Positions 55,716 to 64,000 of a DNA stretch of 64,000 nt are shown piece after piece (the first letter of the stretch is position 1; every line of letters starts with the position of its first letter). The notes below the pieces were generated by a model. That model did not search any database, was not told where the DNA came from, and was given only the letters and a program-made list of their open reading frames with translations. The stretch comes from Fimbriimonadia bacterium (GTDB lineage: Bacteria > Armatimonadota > Fimbriimonadia > Fimbriimonadales > JABRVX01). Both the position numbers and the translations under genes were made by a program. Location: contig JBGPGO010000001.1 in assembly GCA_041483895.1 (NCBI GenBank), positions 32,001 through 96,000 of the forward strand, written 5' to 3'.

Positions 55716-57794
55716 ATGTCAACCGACAAAGCCCAACTGCTCTTCAACCAGGCTCTGGAGCTTCACGACCGGGCCGACGAATCCGCCGACGACGCGGAGG
55801 CTTTGTTGCTGTTACGCGCCGCGTGCGCAAAGTTCACGCAGGTCGTTCGGGCGCGACGGACCTTTCGCAACGCACATCTTAAGTGGGGACTAGCCTTAGG
55901 TGCGATCGCCGCTCGGACCCAAGACAGTGCTCAAAAAATGCGATTTCTGTTGGAGGCGGAGCGGCAATTCAAGCAGGCTACAGACATAGATCCCAACGAT
56001 TCGGATGCTTGTGCAAATTTGGCCAATACACTTTGTGACCTGGCCGATCAAACGGGTCGGTCGGAGATTAGGGAGCAATTGTATGAGCGCGCATATGGCT
56101 GGTACGCCAGGTCGGTAGAAATAACTCCGGACGATTCCGAAACCTACTACAACTGGGCAACGTCGCTCATGGGCCACTCCAAAAGATCGACAGGTGATCC
56201 CGCTGTTGAGTTGTTACAGTCTGCTGCCGCAAAGTACCAAATTGCGCATCAACTCGACCGCATGGGGTCGAACATACTGTCGAATTGGGGCATGGTGATA
56301 TCGTACATTGGTGAGAAGATTGGCCCGGATCCGATCGCGATTTGGTATTTTGAAGACTCCTATCGCAAGTTCAGGCTCGCCCTCAAAATCGAACCTACTG
56401 ACCATCCCACATGGAACGCTTGGGGCAATGCGTTATACGAACATGCGTACCGGGTCGAGGACGATGGCGACGCCATTGGGTTGTTGAAGCGCGCTGTACA
56501 AAAGTACGAGAGGTCAGTCGCCGCCAAACCAACGTATGACAAAGCTCTTGTGAACTGCGGAAACTCCCTCAGTGAAATAACCAAGAGGAGTTCGAAACGC
56601 GGCTCATGGTACTGGTCACAGCGAGCCGAGGAGGTTTATCGAAGTGCGCTAGACATCAATCCGAAAAACGCCGATGCATGGTTCTTTCTCGGCCGACTGA
56701 TGATGAATCGTGCCCAAAAGTTATCGAAGGACCAGGCGGCGATTCCACTTTTGCAACAGGCTTGCGAGCGCTATGAGCAATCCTCTCGGATCGATCCGAT
56801 CCGTGCGGATCTGCACAACCGTTGGGGAGAGGCCTTGCTAGGCCAAGTCAAACGCAGCATGGACGACCCAAACACGCTTGAGCTTTTCGAACTAGCCAGT
56901 GAGAAGTTCCAAGCCGCGATCGACATCAAGCCGGACTATGAGGGAGTCCACCATAATTTGGGAAACGCGCTTGTCTATGGTTACCTGAAAGCCGAGCCAA
57001 TGGAGATAGCACTTCAGTGGTTGCGGCTATCATACCTGGCGTTCGAGAAATCGGTGGAACTGGATCCGGACAACCTTTCGTCATTCCAAGATTGGGGTCT
57101 GGCTCTGACGTACGAAGCAGAGGCGACAGATGACGATGGAGAGGCGATAGTTCTGTACGAGCGGGCGTGCGCGAACTATTGTGAAGCGATCAAGATTTGG
57201 CCGGAGCATGAATGGACGCTTTTCCTGTTGGCCGATGCACTCTTGGATCAGGCTAAGCGGACGACAGACCAAGAAAAGGTTAACAAGTTGCTGCTGCAAT
57301 CGACGGAGATGGCCGAGCGCTCATGGAAGATCGACCCGAACGACTCTGAGGTGCTGAATGTTTGGGGCTTGACTCTCCAAAAGCGCGGCATGGGGACGAA
57401 GGATCGGGTCGATGCGCTCCGATTGTTCCAAGATTCGGCTTCGAAGTTCGAACAGGCCGTCGCCATCAAGCCTGACTACGACTTTGCGCTCGACAACTGG
57501 GGCTATTCGTTGGGACGACTCGCGCTATTAACCGGCGATTTTGATGCGCTGTGGCTCCTCGCTTCCGAGGAATTTGATCGCGCCGACCAAATAACGAAAG
57601 GTTTTTCCTTCTACGATCGGGCTTGCTTGGCGGCGCTGCGGTGCCGACAGGATGAGTGCAGGATCTGGCTGAAGAAGGCCGAGAAATGCGGCACATTGGA
57701 ATCAAAACGGCACATGGAACGGGATCCCGACCTCGACCCGGTGCGAGACACTGCGTGGTTCAAAGAGTTCTTGGAGAGGTTAGCACCGTGTTAA
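55716..57794 (+). CDS. Long TPR-repeat protein with C-terminal TPR end-of-group-like domain
   Basis: Repeats of about 45 aa (NWG..L...A...Y..A..I.P); C-terminal YDRACLAAL...DPDLDPVR...WF. Confidence 0.8.
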   Translation: MSTDKAQLLFNQALELHDRADESADDAEALLLLRAACAKFTQVVRARRTFRNAHLKWGLALGAIAARTQDSAQKMRFLLEAERQFKQATDIDPNDSDACANLANTLCDLADQTGRSEIREQLYERAYGWYARSVEITPDDSETYYNWATSLMGHSKRSTGDPAVELLQSAAAKYQIAHQLDRMGSNILSNWGMVISYIGEKIGPDPIAIWYFEDSYRKFRLALKIEPTDHPTWNAWGNALYEHAYRVEDDGDAIGLLKRAVQKYERSVAAKPTYDKALVNCGNSLSEITKRSSKRGSWYWSQRAEEVYRSALDINPKNADAWFFLGRLMMNRAQKLSKDQAAIPLLQQACERYEQSSRIDPIRADLHNRWGEALLGQVKRSMDDPNTLELFELASEKFQAAIDIKPDYEGVHHNLGNALVYGYLKAEPMEIALQWLRLSYLAFEKSVELDPDNLSSFQDWGLALTYEAEATDDDGEAIVLYERACANYCEAIKIWPEHEWTLFLLADALLDQAKRTTDQEKVNKLLLQSTEMAERSWKIDPNDSEVLNVWGLTLQKRGMGTKDRVDALRLFQDSASKFEQAVAIKPDYDFALDNWGYSLGRLALLTGDFDALWLLASEEFDRADQITKGFSFYDRACLAALRCRQDECRIWLKKAEKCGTLESKRHMERDPDLDPVRDTAWFKEFLERLAPC

Positions 57795-57802
57795 GCTTCA
57801 TT

Positions 57803-57910
57803 GTCATTCTGAGCCGGTCGAAGAATCTCTTTCTAGAGTCCCTTCCTACCGCTAACGATTGCGGTTGGTGAGAGGTTTTGAAAGGGATTCTTCGACCGGC
57901 TCAGAATGAC
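57803..57910. repeat. 108-bp MITE/REP-like element with 31-bp inverted repeats
   Basis: gtcattctgagccggtcgaagaatctctttc (57803-57833) versus gaaagggattcttcgaccggctcagaatgac (57880-57910), one mismatch. Confidence 0.85.
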
Positions 57911-58008
57911 GTGGCGCTTTGTCCTCAGTGGGCCGCTTCTTGCACGGTGGTCGCGCGCGGGTCTTGGTGGAGGCGATTCGAGCACGGAGTCGGGACGAGG
58001 ACCCGCGG

Positions 58009-59004
58009 CTACGTTTCCGGCAGTGGGGCGGAGGCGAAGGCGTCTAGGGTCAGATCGTCGCGCTGGCCGAGTTCCAGTCGCGCCAGGCCGGCCGCGCCGA
58101 TCATCGCCGCGTTGTCCGTGCAGTATTCCAGTGGCGCGATTACGACCTCACGACCGATTGTTGAGAGACGCGCGGTAATGTCACGCCGCAGGACGGAATT
58201 GGCCGCGACGCCGCCTACCACCGCAACGGTGTGGAAACCGAGGGCGTCTGCTGCCTGCGCCGTCCGTTCCACAAGAGCGTCCACAATCGCCTGCTGCATG
58301 GAAGCGGCTGTATCGGCGACATTCAACGAAGGGCCGGTCTTCTCGACATACCGAAGCACCGATGTTTTCAGGCCGGAAAAGCTGAAATCGTATCCGTCGC
58401 CGGGAAAAGAGCGCGGGAAGGCGATGGCCTTCGGATCGCCCTGTTTCGCCACGCGATCCACGTGCAGTCCGCCGGGATAGCCGAGGCCCAGCAGCCGCGC
58501 GCCTTTGTCAAACGCCTCACCCGCGGCATCGTCCAGCGTCTCCCCGATCACTTGGTACTGAAACCCATTAACTGTCACCAGCTCCGTGTGCCCGCCGGAG
58601 ACGATGAGGCACAGAAACGGCTCACCAATATCCGGTTTGGCCAACCGGGCGGAGAAGATATGACCTTCCAAATGGTGGACGCCAATCATCGGCAATCCGA
58701 GGGCGACATGCAGCGCTTTTGCCGCCGTAACTCCCACAACGAGCGCCCCGACGAGACCAGGCCGGTTGGTGACCGCAATCCCTTGAATATGATCATACGT
58801 CGTCGCAGCGTCTTGCAAGGCCTGGGAGATTACGGGAGTAATCCGCTCTACATGCTCCCGCGCCGCCGCCTCCGGAACCACGCCGCCCCACTGCGCGTGC
58901 AGGTCCACCTGGCTGGCGACAACATTGGAAAGAACTCGGCCGCGGCTCTCGACGACCGCAGCGGAGGTCTCATCGCAGCTTGTCTCAATCGCCAGAACGC
59001 GCAC
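58009..59004 (-). CDS. tsaD: tRNA N6-threonylcarbamoyltransferase TsaD
   Basis: AIETSCDET, GGVVPE.A.R.H, HHLEGH, SGGHT, DDAAGEAFDK, SFSGLK, CTDNAAMI. Confidence 0.97.
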   Translation of the reverse strand: MRVLAIETSCDETSAAVVESRGRVLSNVVASQVDLHAQWGGVVPEAAAREHVERITPVISQALQDAATTYDHIQGIAVTNRPGLVGALVVGVTAAKALHVALGLPMIGVHHLEGHIFSARLAKPDIGEPFLCLIVSGGHTELVTVNGFQYQVIGETLDDAAGEAFDKGARLLGLGYPGGLHVDRVAKQGDPKAIAFPRSFPGDGYDFSFSGLKTSVLRYVEKTGPSLNVADTAASMQQAIVDALVERTAQAADALGFHTVAVVGGVAANSVLRRDITARLSTIGREVVIAPLEYCTDNAAMIGAAGLARLELGQRDDLTLDAFASAPLPET

Positions 59005-59512
59005 GACGCCAGGACTCCTTGCGGCTCTCCGCCAATCGCGCGCGGTATTCCGGCTGGGCGAGCTCGTTGAGCCACATCACCAACGCGTTTTCTTTGTCGG
59101 GGTAGTAGTTTTTCCGAACGGCCACGGATCGGAAGCCGAATTTCTCGTACAGTTGGATGGCCGGCCCGTTATTCTCCCGCACTTCCAGCGTCGCCCGCAC
59201 CATGTCCTCCGAAGCGGCGGTCTCCAAAAGCTCCACGAGCAGAAGCTCGCCGTATCCCTTTCGCCGCTCATCTAGATGGACGGCGATGGTGGTGATATGG
59301 GCCTCGTCGATGACCAGCCATTCGCCGCCGTATCCGATCAGCTTTCCTTTTCGGCGCAGCACCAAATATCGCGCCATGTGGTTGGTAAGCTCCGCCCGAA
59401 ACGAATCCCGCGACCAGGGCGCGGCATAGCTCTGCCGCTCGAGGGCGTAGACATCATCAATGTCGCTCTCGGCCAATCGTTCTAACGTGAGGGGTTGCAA
59501 CACGGCGCTCAT
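58985..59512 (-). CDS. rimI: Ribosomal protein S18 alanine N-acetyltransferase
   Basis: PWS...F..EL, DEAHITTIAV...RRKGYG, LEVR..N..A..LY..FGF.....RKNYY....E.AL.M. Confidence 0.92.
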   Translation of the reverse strand: MSAVLQPLTLERLAESDIDDVYALERQSYAAPWSRDSFRAELTNHMARYLVLRRKGKLIGYGGEWLVIDEAHITTIAVHLDERRKGYGELLLVELLETAASEDMVRATLEVRENNGPAIQLYEKFGFRSVAVRKNYYPDKENALVMWLNELAQPEYRARLAESRKESWRRARSGD

Positions 59513-59578
59513 AGGGTCCTTTTGAGTGTGGCACGCCGCCGGAGGGCAAGTCAAAAAGTGCTAAACTCCCCGGCGTTT

Positions 59579-60889
59579 ATGCTGACCTTTGGAACCGCCG
59601 GGATTGATGACCAGGGCGTCCTTCGGATCGGCGGCTGCAGCGCCGCCGATCTGACCGACCGCTTTGGCACACCGCTGTACGTCTTGGATGAGGAGCAGTT
59701 TCGCGACAACTGCCGCCGGTATCTGGCCGCCAGCCGCCATTCCATCCCCGAAAGCGACGTGGCGTATGCATCCAAGGCGATGATTTGTACAAGTTTATGC
59801 CGAATTGTTGATCAAGAAGGCCTGTATTTGGACGTTGCTAGCCCCGGTGAACTGGCGACCGCATTGGCAGCCGAGTTTCCCGTGGAGCGGCTGATCTATC
59901 ACGGCAATAACAAGCGGCTGGATGAAATCCGCAGCTCTGTAGGCCACGGCGTCGGTCTTCATGTGGTGGACTGGCTCGACGAATTGGAGATGATGGAGCA
60001 GGTGGGATCGGAAGCCGGGCGTAAGATTTCTATTTTGTTGCGGTTGGCGCCCGGCGTGGATCCGGATACCCACGAGGCGATACGGACAGGCCAGTCGGAT
60101 ACCAAGTTTGGCCTCAGCATCACCGCGGGGGACGCCTCGGAGGCTGTTGGTCGTGCCCTTCAGCATCCCCACATTCACCTGCTTGGCTACCACGCCCACG
60201 TCGGATCGCAGCTTATGGACGGTCATGCGCACCTGCCGGCCGTCGCGGAAATGGTTGGATTCGCGGCGAATATGCTGGAAAAGCATAACTTTTCACCGGA
60301 AATCCTAAACTTTGGCGGCGGGCTTGGGGCGCGATATCTTCCTTGCGATCAACCTGAAAGCTACGAATCCTTCTGCCAGAAGCTGGGGACAGCATTGACC
60401 GCCGCGCTGCGGGAGACACAGCTGCCGACCCCAAAGGTCTTTCAAGAGCCCGGCCGCGCGCTCGTCGCGGAAACCGGCACGACCATCTACCGCATCGGCA
60501 CTGTGAAGAAGGTCGGTGAACGGACGTACGTCTCCGTCGACGGTGGCCTTTCGGACAACCCGAGGCCCCAGCTTTATGGCGCGCTTTACGATTGCTATCT
60601 CGCCAATCGCGCCAATGACCCGGCGACCACACTCTGCCGCATCGTCGGCTCGCATTGCGAGACCGACACACTAATTAAGGAATGCAGACTCCCACACCCG
60701 AAAACCGGCGATCTGCTCGCGGTGCCGACCACGGGCGCGTATAACTATTCTATGGCGAGCAACTACAACCGTTTCCCCAAACCGGCAGTCGTCCTGGTAC
60801 GCGACGGCGGCGCCGATTGCATTGTCCAGCGCGAAACCATCGCCGATATGAACCGTAACGATCTCATCCCGGAGCGGCTGGGCCGATGA
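59579..60889 (+). CDS. lysA: Diaminopimelate decarboxylase
   Basis: FGTPLYV.D, YASKA, HGNNK, KFG, HVGSQ, GGG, EPGR, CE.D, GAY...M.SNYN. Confidence 0.96.
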   Translation: MLTFGTAGIDDQGVLRIGGCSAADLTDRFGTPLYVLDEEQFRDNCRRYLAASRHSIPESDVAYASKAMICTSLCRIVDQEGLYLDVASPGELATALAAEFPVERLIYHGNNKRLDEIRSSVGHGVGLHVVDWLDELEMMEQVGSEAGRKISILLRLAPGVDPDTHEAIRTGQSDTKFGLSITAGDASEAVGRALQHPHIHLLGYHAHVGSQLMDGHAHLPAVAEMVGFAANMLEKHNFSPEILNFGGGLGARYLPCDQPESYESFCQKLGTALTAALRETQLPTPKVFQEPGRALVAETGTTIYRIGTVKKVGERTYVSVDGGLSDNPRPQLYGALYDCYLANRANDPATTLCRIVGSHCETDTLIKECRLPHPKTGDLLAVPTTGAYNYSMASNYNRFPKPAVVLVRDGGADCIVQRETIADMNRNDLIPERLGR

Positions 60890-61533
60890 TATTCGACGAT
60901 CTTGGATTCAAGCTGATGATGCTTGCCATCGTTTTGGGCAGCATCACCCTGCATGAGTTCGCGCATGCAAAGAGCGCCGATGCCGCCGGCGACCCGACCC
61001 CTCGCCTCTACGGCCGCGTCACACTCAACCCAATCGCGCACTTCGATCCACTCGGATTTATATTTATCCTGATCACCACGTTCGCCGGAATCGGATTTGG
61101 GTGGGGCAAGCCTGTGCCGGTGGACCCGCGCCGCATGCACAATCCGCGCTGGGATCATATCCTCGTTGTCGCCTGGGGACCGTTCACCAACTGCCTCATC
61201 GCCCTCACCTGCGCACTCGCATTCCGGTTGATCGCCCACTCAGCTATCGTCTCGCCGGGCCTGTTTGACTTCTTTTTCATGGCCGTTTTGATCAACGTTG
61301 TGCTTGCGGCCTTTAATCTAATTCCGCTGTTTCCATTGGATGGGTCCTGGATCGTCGCCGGCCTGCTCCCGGAGCTGACCGGGTTCCGGTTCTTGCGATG
61401 GAACCGCCAATTTGGACCGATGCTCCTTATCTCGGCGATCCTGATCCTGCCTGCGCTGGGGTTCCATCCTCTGTCATACTTGACGGGTCCAATCGTCCAA
61501 ACGTCAATCCAGGTCCTTCTTGGCGTGGGGTAA
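60886..61533 (+). CDS. Site-2 protease (M50) family
   Basis: HEFAH, GDPT....GR.TLNP..H.D, GWGKPV, FNLIP..PLDG. Confidence 0.92.
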   Translation: MIFDDLGFKLMMLAIVLGSITLHEFAHAKSADAAGDPTPRLYGRVTLNPIAHFDPLGFIFILITTFAGIGFGWGKPVPVDPRRMHNPRWDHILVVAWGPFTNCLIALTCALAFRLIAHSAIVSPGLFDFFFMAVLINVVLAAFNLIPLFPLDGSWIVAGLLPELTGFRFLRWNRQFGPMLLISAILILPALGFHPLSYLTGPIVQTSIQVLLGVG

Positions 61534-61542
61534 ACACTTTCA

Positions 61543-62526
61543 ATGGAAAAAAACCGGCTACTCAGCGGCATGCAGCCGACCCAATCCCGTTTGCACCTCG
61601 GCAACTTAGAAGGGGCGCTTCGGAACTGGGTGCGCCTCCAAGACGACTACCACCTCTATTGCTGCGTAGTCGATTGGCATGCGCTGACCACGATGGCGGA
61701 GGACCCGAAAGAGATTGCCGACAACTGCCGGGGAATCGCGCTCGACTATCTTGCCGCCGGCATCGACCCATCGAAGAGCGTGGTCTTTATTCAGTCCCAT
61801 GTAAAGGAACATGCCGAACTGCACCTGCTGCTGAGTATGGCGACCCCCTTATCCTGGTTGGAGCGCGTCCCGACATATAAAGAGAAGCGCGAAAATCTGC
61901 AGATGGATTCGGTCTCGTACGGCCTGCTCGGATATCCGGTGCTGCAGGCCGCCGATATACTTCTCTATAAGCCGTACGGAGTTCCGGTCGGAAGGGACCA
62001 GGTGCCGCATTTGGAGTTGACGCGGGAGATTGCGCGAAGATTCAACCATCTCTATGGAGACATTTTTCCCGAGCCGCGGAATATCATCGGGGAGGTTCCG
62101 CTCATGATGGGACTCGATGGGCGCAAGATGAGCAAGTCGTACGGCAACGCGATCAACATCGCGGACACCGCCGATGAGACGGTTGATAAGATCAAGAGCG
62201 CCTTCACCGACCCACAAAAAATTCGAAAGGACGATCCCGGCCATCCGGAGGGATGCGCGGTCTTCAGTCTCCATACCGTCTACAACAAAGCCAATGTGTC
62301 GACCGTGGAAGCCGAATGCAAGAGCGGGGCGCGGGGCTGCGTGCAGTGCAAGAAAGAATGCACCGAAGCGGTGAATTGCGCGCTGGCAGATGTGCGGGAG
62401 CGCCGCGTTGCCATCCAAGACAATATGGACGCGCTGGAACAGATCTTGACCAACGGCGCGGAGCGCGCGAGAGCGGTGGCGGCGGGCACGATGGTAGAGG
62501 TCCGCCAGGCGATGGGGATTCGGTGA
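61543..62526 (+). CDS. trpS: Tryptophan--tRNA ligase
   Basis: SGMQPT..LHLGN, YPVLQAADIL, VPVG.DQ..H.E..R, KMSKS. Confidence 0.97.
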   Translation: MEKNRLLSGMQPTQSRLHLGNLEGALRNWVRLQDDYHLYCCVVDWHALTTMAEDPKEIADNCRGIALDYLAAGIDPSKSVVFIQSHVKEHAELHLLLSMATPLSWLERVPTYKEKRENLQMDSVSYGLLGYPVLQAADILLYKPYGVPVGRDQVPHLELTREIARRFNHLYGDIFPEPRNIIGEVPLMMGLDGRKMSKSYGNAINIADTADETVDKIKSAFTDPQKIRKDDPGHPEGCAVFSLHTVYNKANVSTVEAECKSGARGCVQCKKECTEAVNCALADVRERRVAIQDNMDALEQILTNGAERARAVAAGTMVEVRQAMGIR

Positions 62527-63257
62527 GAATCCGCGCCGTTTTCTTCGATCTGGACGACACCCTGTGCAACTACATGCAGGTGGCGGATCGGGCTCGCAAG
62601 TGGGTCTTCCACATGGCAGCGAAGGCGTACGAAGAACTATCGGCGGACGATCTGGAAGCGGCTTGGCACGCGGAATTCAACACCTTTCTTCCTGAAGTCC
62701 GGCCCGGCGGCGTGTGGCGGCAAAGGTATTTGATATCGGGAGAAACAACCCGAACGGAACTGATGCGCCGGGCCTTGGCGCGGCTTGGTGTCGATGACAC
62801 AAAACTCGCCGCGTACCTGTCCGACGGATACTATGTCGAGCGCCAGGAGCGATTGGAGCTGTATTCGGATGCGGAGGAGGTGCTCACCCGGCTTGGGAAA
62901 AAGATGCCGATTGGCATGATCACGAACGGCCCCGCCGACACACAGAGGGAAGAGGTCGATCGGTTGGGAATCGGCCGCCATTTCAAAAAGATTTTCATCG
63001 AGGGAGAATTCGGCGTGGGCAAGCCGGACCCTATCGTTTTCCGGGCCGCAGCGGACAGCGTCGGTCAGCCGCCGTCGGAGGTGGCTCTTGTCGGCAACAG
63101 CCTGAAGCATGACATCCACGGAGCGAAAAACGTCGGGATGATCACCTGTTGGCTGCCACAAGGCGAGGAGGCCGGGCACCCGCTGGAAGGCGAGGCGGAC
63201 CTGATCGCGGCCAACCTCACCGAAGTCGCCGATTGGATTGAGGGACGGATCGCCTAG
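62523..63257 (+). CDS. HAD family hydrolase (YjjG-like)
   Basis: GTGA overlap with trpS; FDLDDTL, ITNG, KP....F, VGNS...DI.GA. Confidence 0.88.
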   Translation: MRIRAVFFDLDDTLCNYMQVADRARKWVFHMAAKAYEELSADDLEAAWHAEFNTFLPEVRPGGVWRQRYLISGETTRTELMRRALARLGVDDTKLAAYLSDGYYVERQERLELYSDAEEVLTRLGKKMPIGMITNGPADTQREEVDRLGIGRHFKKIFIEGEFGVGKPDPIVFRAAADSVGQPPSEVALVGNSLKHDIHGAKNVGMITCWLPQGEEAGHPLEGEADLIAANLTEVADWIEGRIA

Positions 63258-63284
63258 CTCATTGGCGCGGTATCATCGCACCCA

Positions 63285-63662
63285 ATGAGAAGAGCCTCAA
63301 TTTTCCTCGCGCTTGTGTTGGTCGGCTGCGGCGGGCCGGATCTTGTGGGCGCGTGGAAGGCCACCGATGAAAGCACCGCCGGTGGTCCGGGCGTCGTCTT
63401 GAACCTGCAAGAAGGCGGCCGATTTTCAACGAAATTTTCTTCTGGTGGGTCGACGCGTGAGGTTGCGGGAACGTGGAAAACTGTGGAGGCGGAGAAGGCC
63501 AAGCTGATTGAGTTCCAGGTCGAAACGGAAAAGCAGGACGGCAAGCCAAGCAACCGGCCACAAAAGCCCGTCACCGTCGAATATCTTTTCAAAGACGGGC
63601 AGCTTGTGTTGCCGAACGGCTTCGACGGCAGAAACAAACTGGTCTTTCGACGCGTCAAGTAG
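63285..63662 (+). CDS. Putative lipoprotein
   Basis: MRRASIFLALVLVG-C lipobox; LVGAWK lipocalin-like start. Confidence 0.7.
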   Translation: MRRASIFLALVLVGCGGPDLVGAWKATDESTAGGPGVVLNLQEGGRFSTKFSSGGSTREVAGTWKTVEAEKAKLIEFQVETEKQDGKPSNRPQKPVTVEYLFKDGQLVLPNGFDGRNKLVFRRVK

Positions 63663-63692
63663 GGATTTTGCAGGCGGCGGCGAACTCAAAAG

Positions 63693-63840
63693 CGTAACGC
63701 CGGCATCTTGCCGGTAAGGACCGAACAATGCCGCCTGGAAGGCGGCGTTACGCGGGTTGCGGAAGATGAATTGCCGCCTGGAAGGCAGCGCTCCCGAAGT
63801 GGCGCTCCCAGATTCGGGTCGCCTGGAAGGCAGCGTTACA
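63693..63840. repeat. Cluster of REP-like palindromes (one forward, three reverse units)
   Basis: cgtaacgccggcatcttgccgg (63693), then (g)ccgcctggaaggc(g/a)gcg(t/c)t at about 63730, 63773 and 63820. Confidence 0.75.
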
Positions 63841-63860
63841 AGAGTTAAGGAGAAGTGCAG

Positions 63861-64000
63861 ATGCAGATTACATGTCCTCGGAAGGAGCTTCACGAGGCGG
63901 TTCAGTTCGTTTTACAGGGGGTTTCTAAGCGGACGACCTTGCCGATCCTGTCGAACATCTTGCTGGAAGGGGATGACCGGCTCAAAATCGTCGCTTCCGA
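63861..64000 (+). CDS. dnaN: DNA polymerase III beta clamp, 5' part only
   Basis: AAGGAG RBS; MQITCPRKELHEAVQFVLQGVSKRTTLPILSNILLEGDDRLKIVASD. Confidence 0.88.
   Translation, partial: MQITCPRKELHEAVQFVLQGVSKRTTLPILSNILLEGDDRLKIVAS

Noticed and set aside
63693..63840. CRISPR array
   Set aside because: Units are degenerate and in both orientations, gaps are short, and no cas genes are present; REP-like fits better.
3..63893. Numerous overlapping antisense and alternate-frame ORFs in the track (for example 27829-28833, 17231-18271, 12312-13232)
   Set aside because: They are shadows of well-supported genes in GC-rich DNA, Arg/Pro-rich and without recognisable motifs.

Overview
GC-rich bacterial chromosomal window; gene content (csaB/DUF5693, TIGR02530-type flagellar gene, hfq, an outer-membrane barrel, a dockerin-like motif) suggests a diderm Terrabacteria lineage such as Armatimonadota (inference only). 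1-17 kb is an accessory carbohydrate/amino-sugar region on the 3' side of a tRNA-His gene. It holds a GH106, a PQQ-propeller protein, an orphan 872-aa secreted protein bracketed by a diverged duplicate of the 3' end of a nagB-like gene, a PIG-L deacetylase, an SSS symporter, a GH2 split by one in-frame TAG, and an SGNH-GH20 fusion. 17-37 kb holds M20 and S10 peptidases, a secreted PDZ-TPR-CHAT protease, vapBC, marR/doxX with clear operators, a coupled rhomboid-DUF5693-csaB-beta-barrel operon and an ABC exporter. 37.5-47.7 kb is a flagellar operon (fliK to flhB) with a repeat-expanded, frameshifted fliK and a structured RNA-like leader before flgE. 48-64 kb holds parDE, argS, miaA-hfq-dapF, orphan, TPR and DUF442 genes, tsaD-rimI, lysA, a site-2 protease, trpS, a HAD hydrolase and the start of dnaN. 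Several REP/MITE-like palindromes occur. I saw no CRISPR array, rRNA or intact integrase/transposase. All family assignments are from motif recognition, not database searches.
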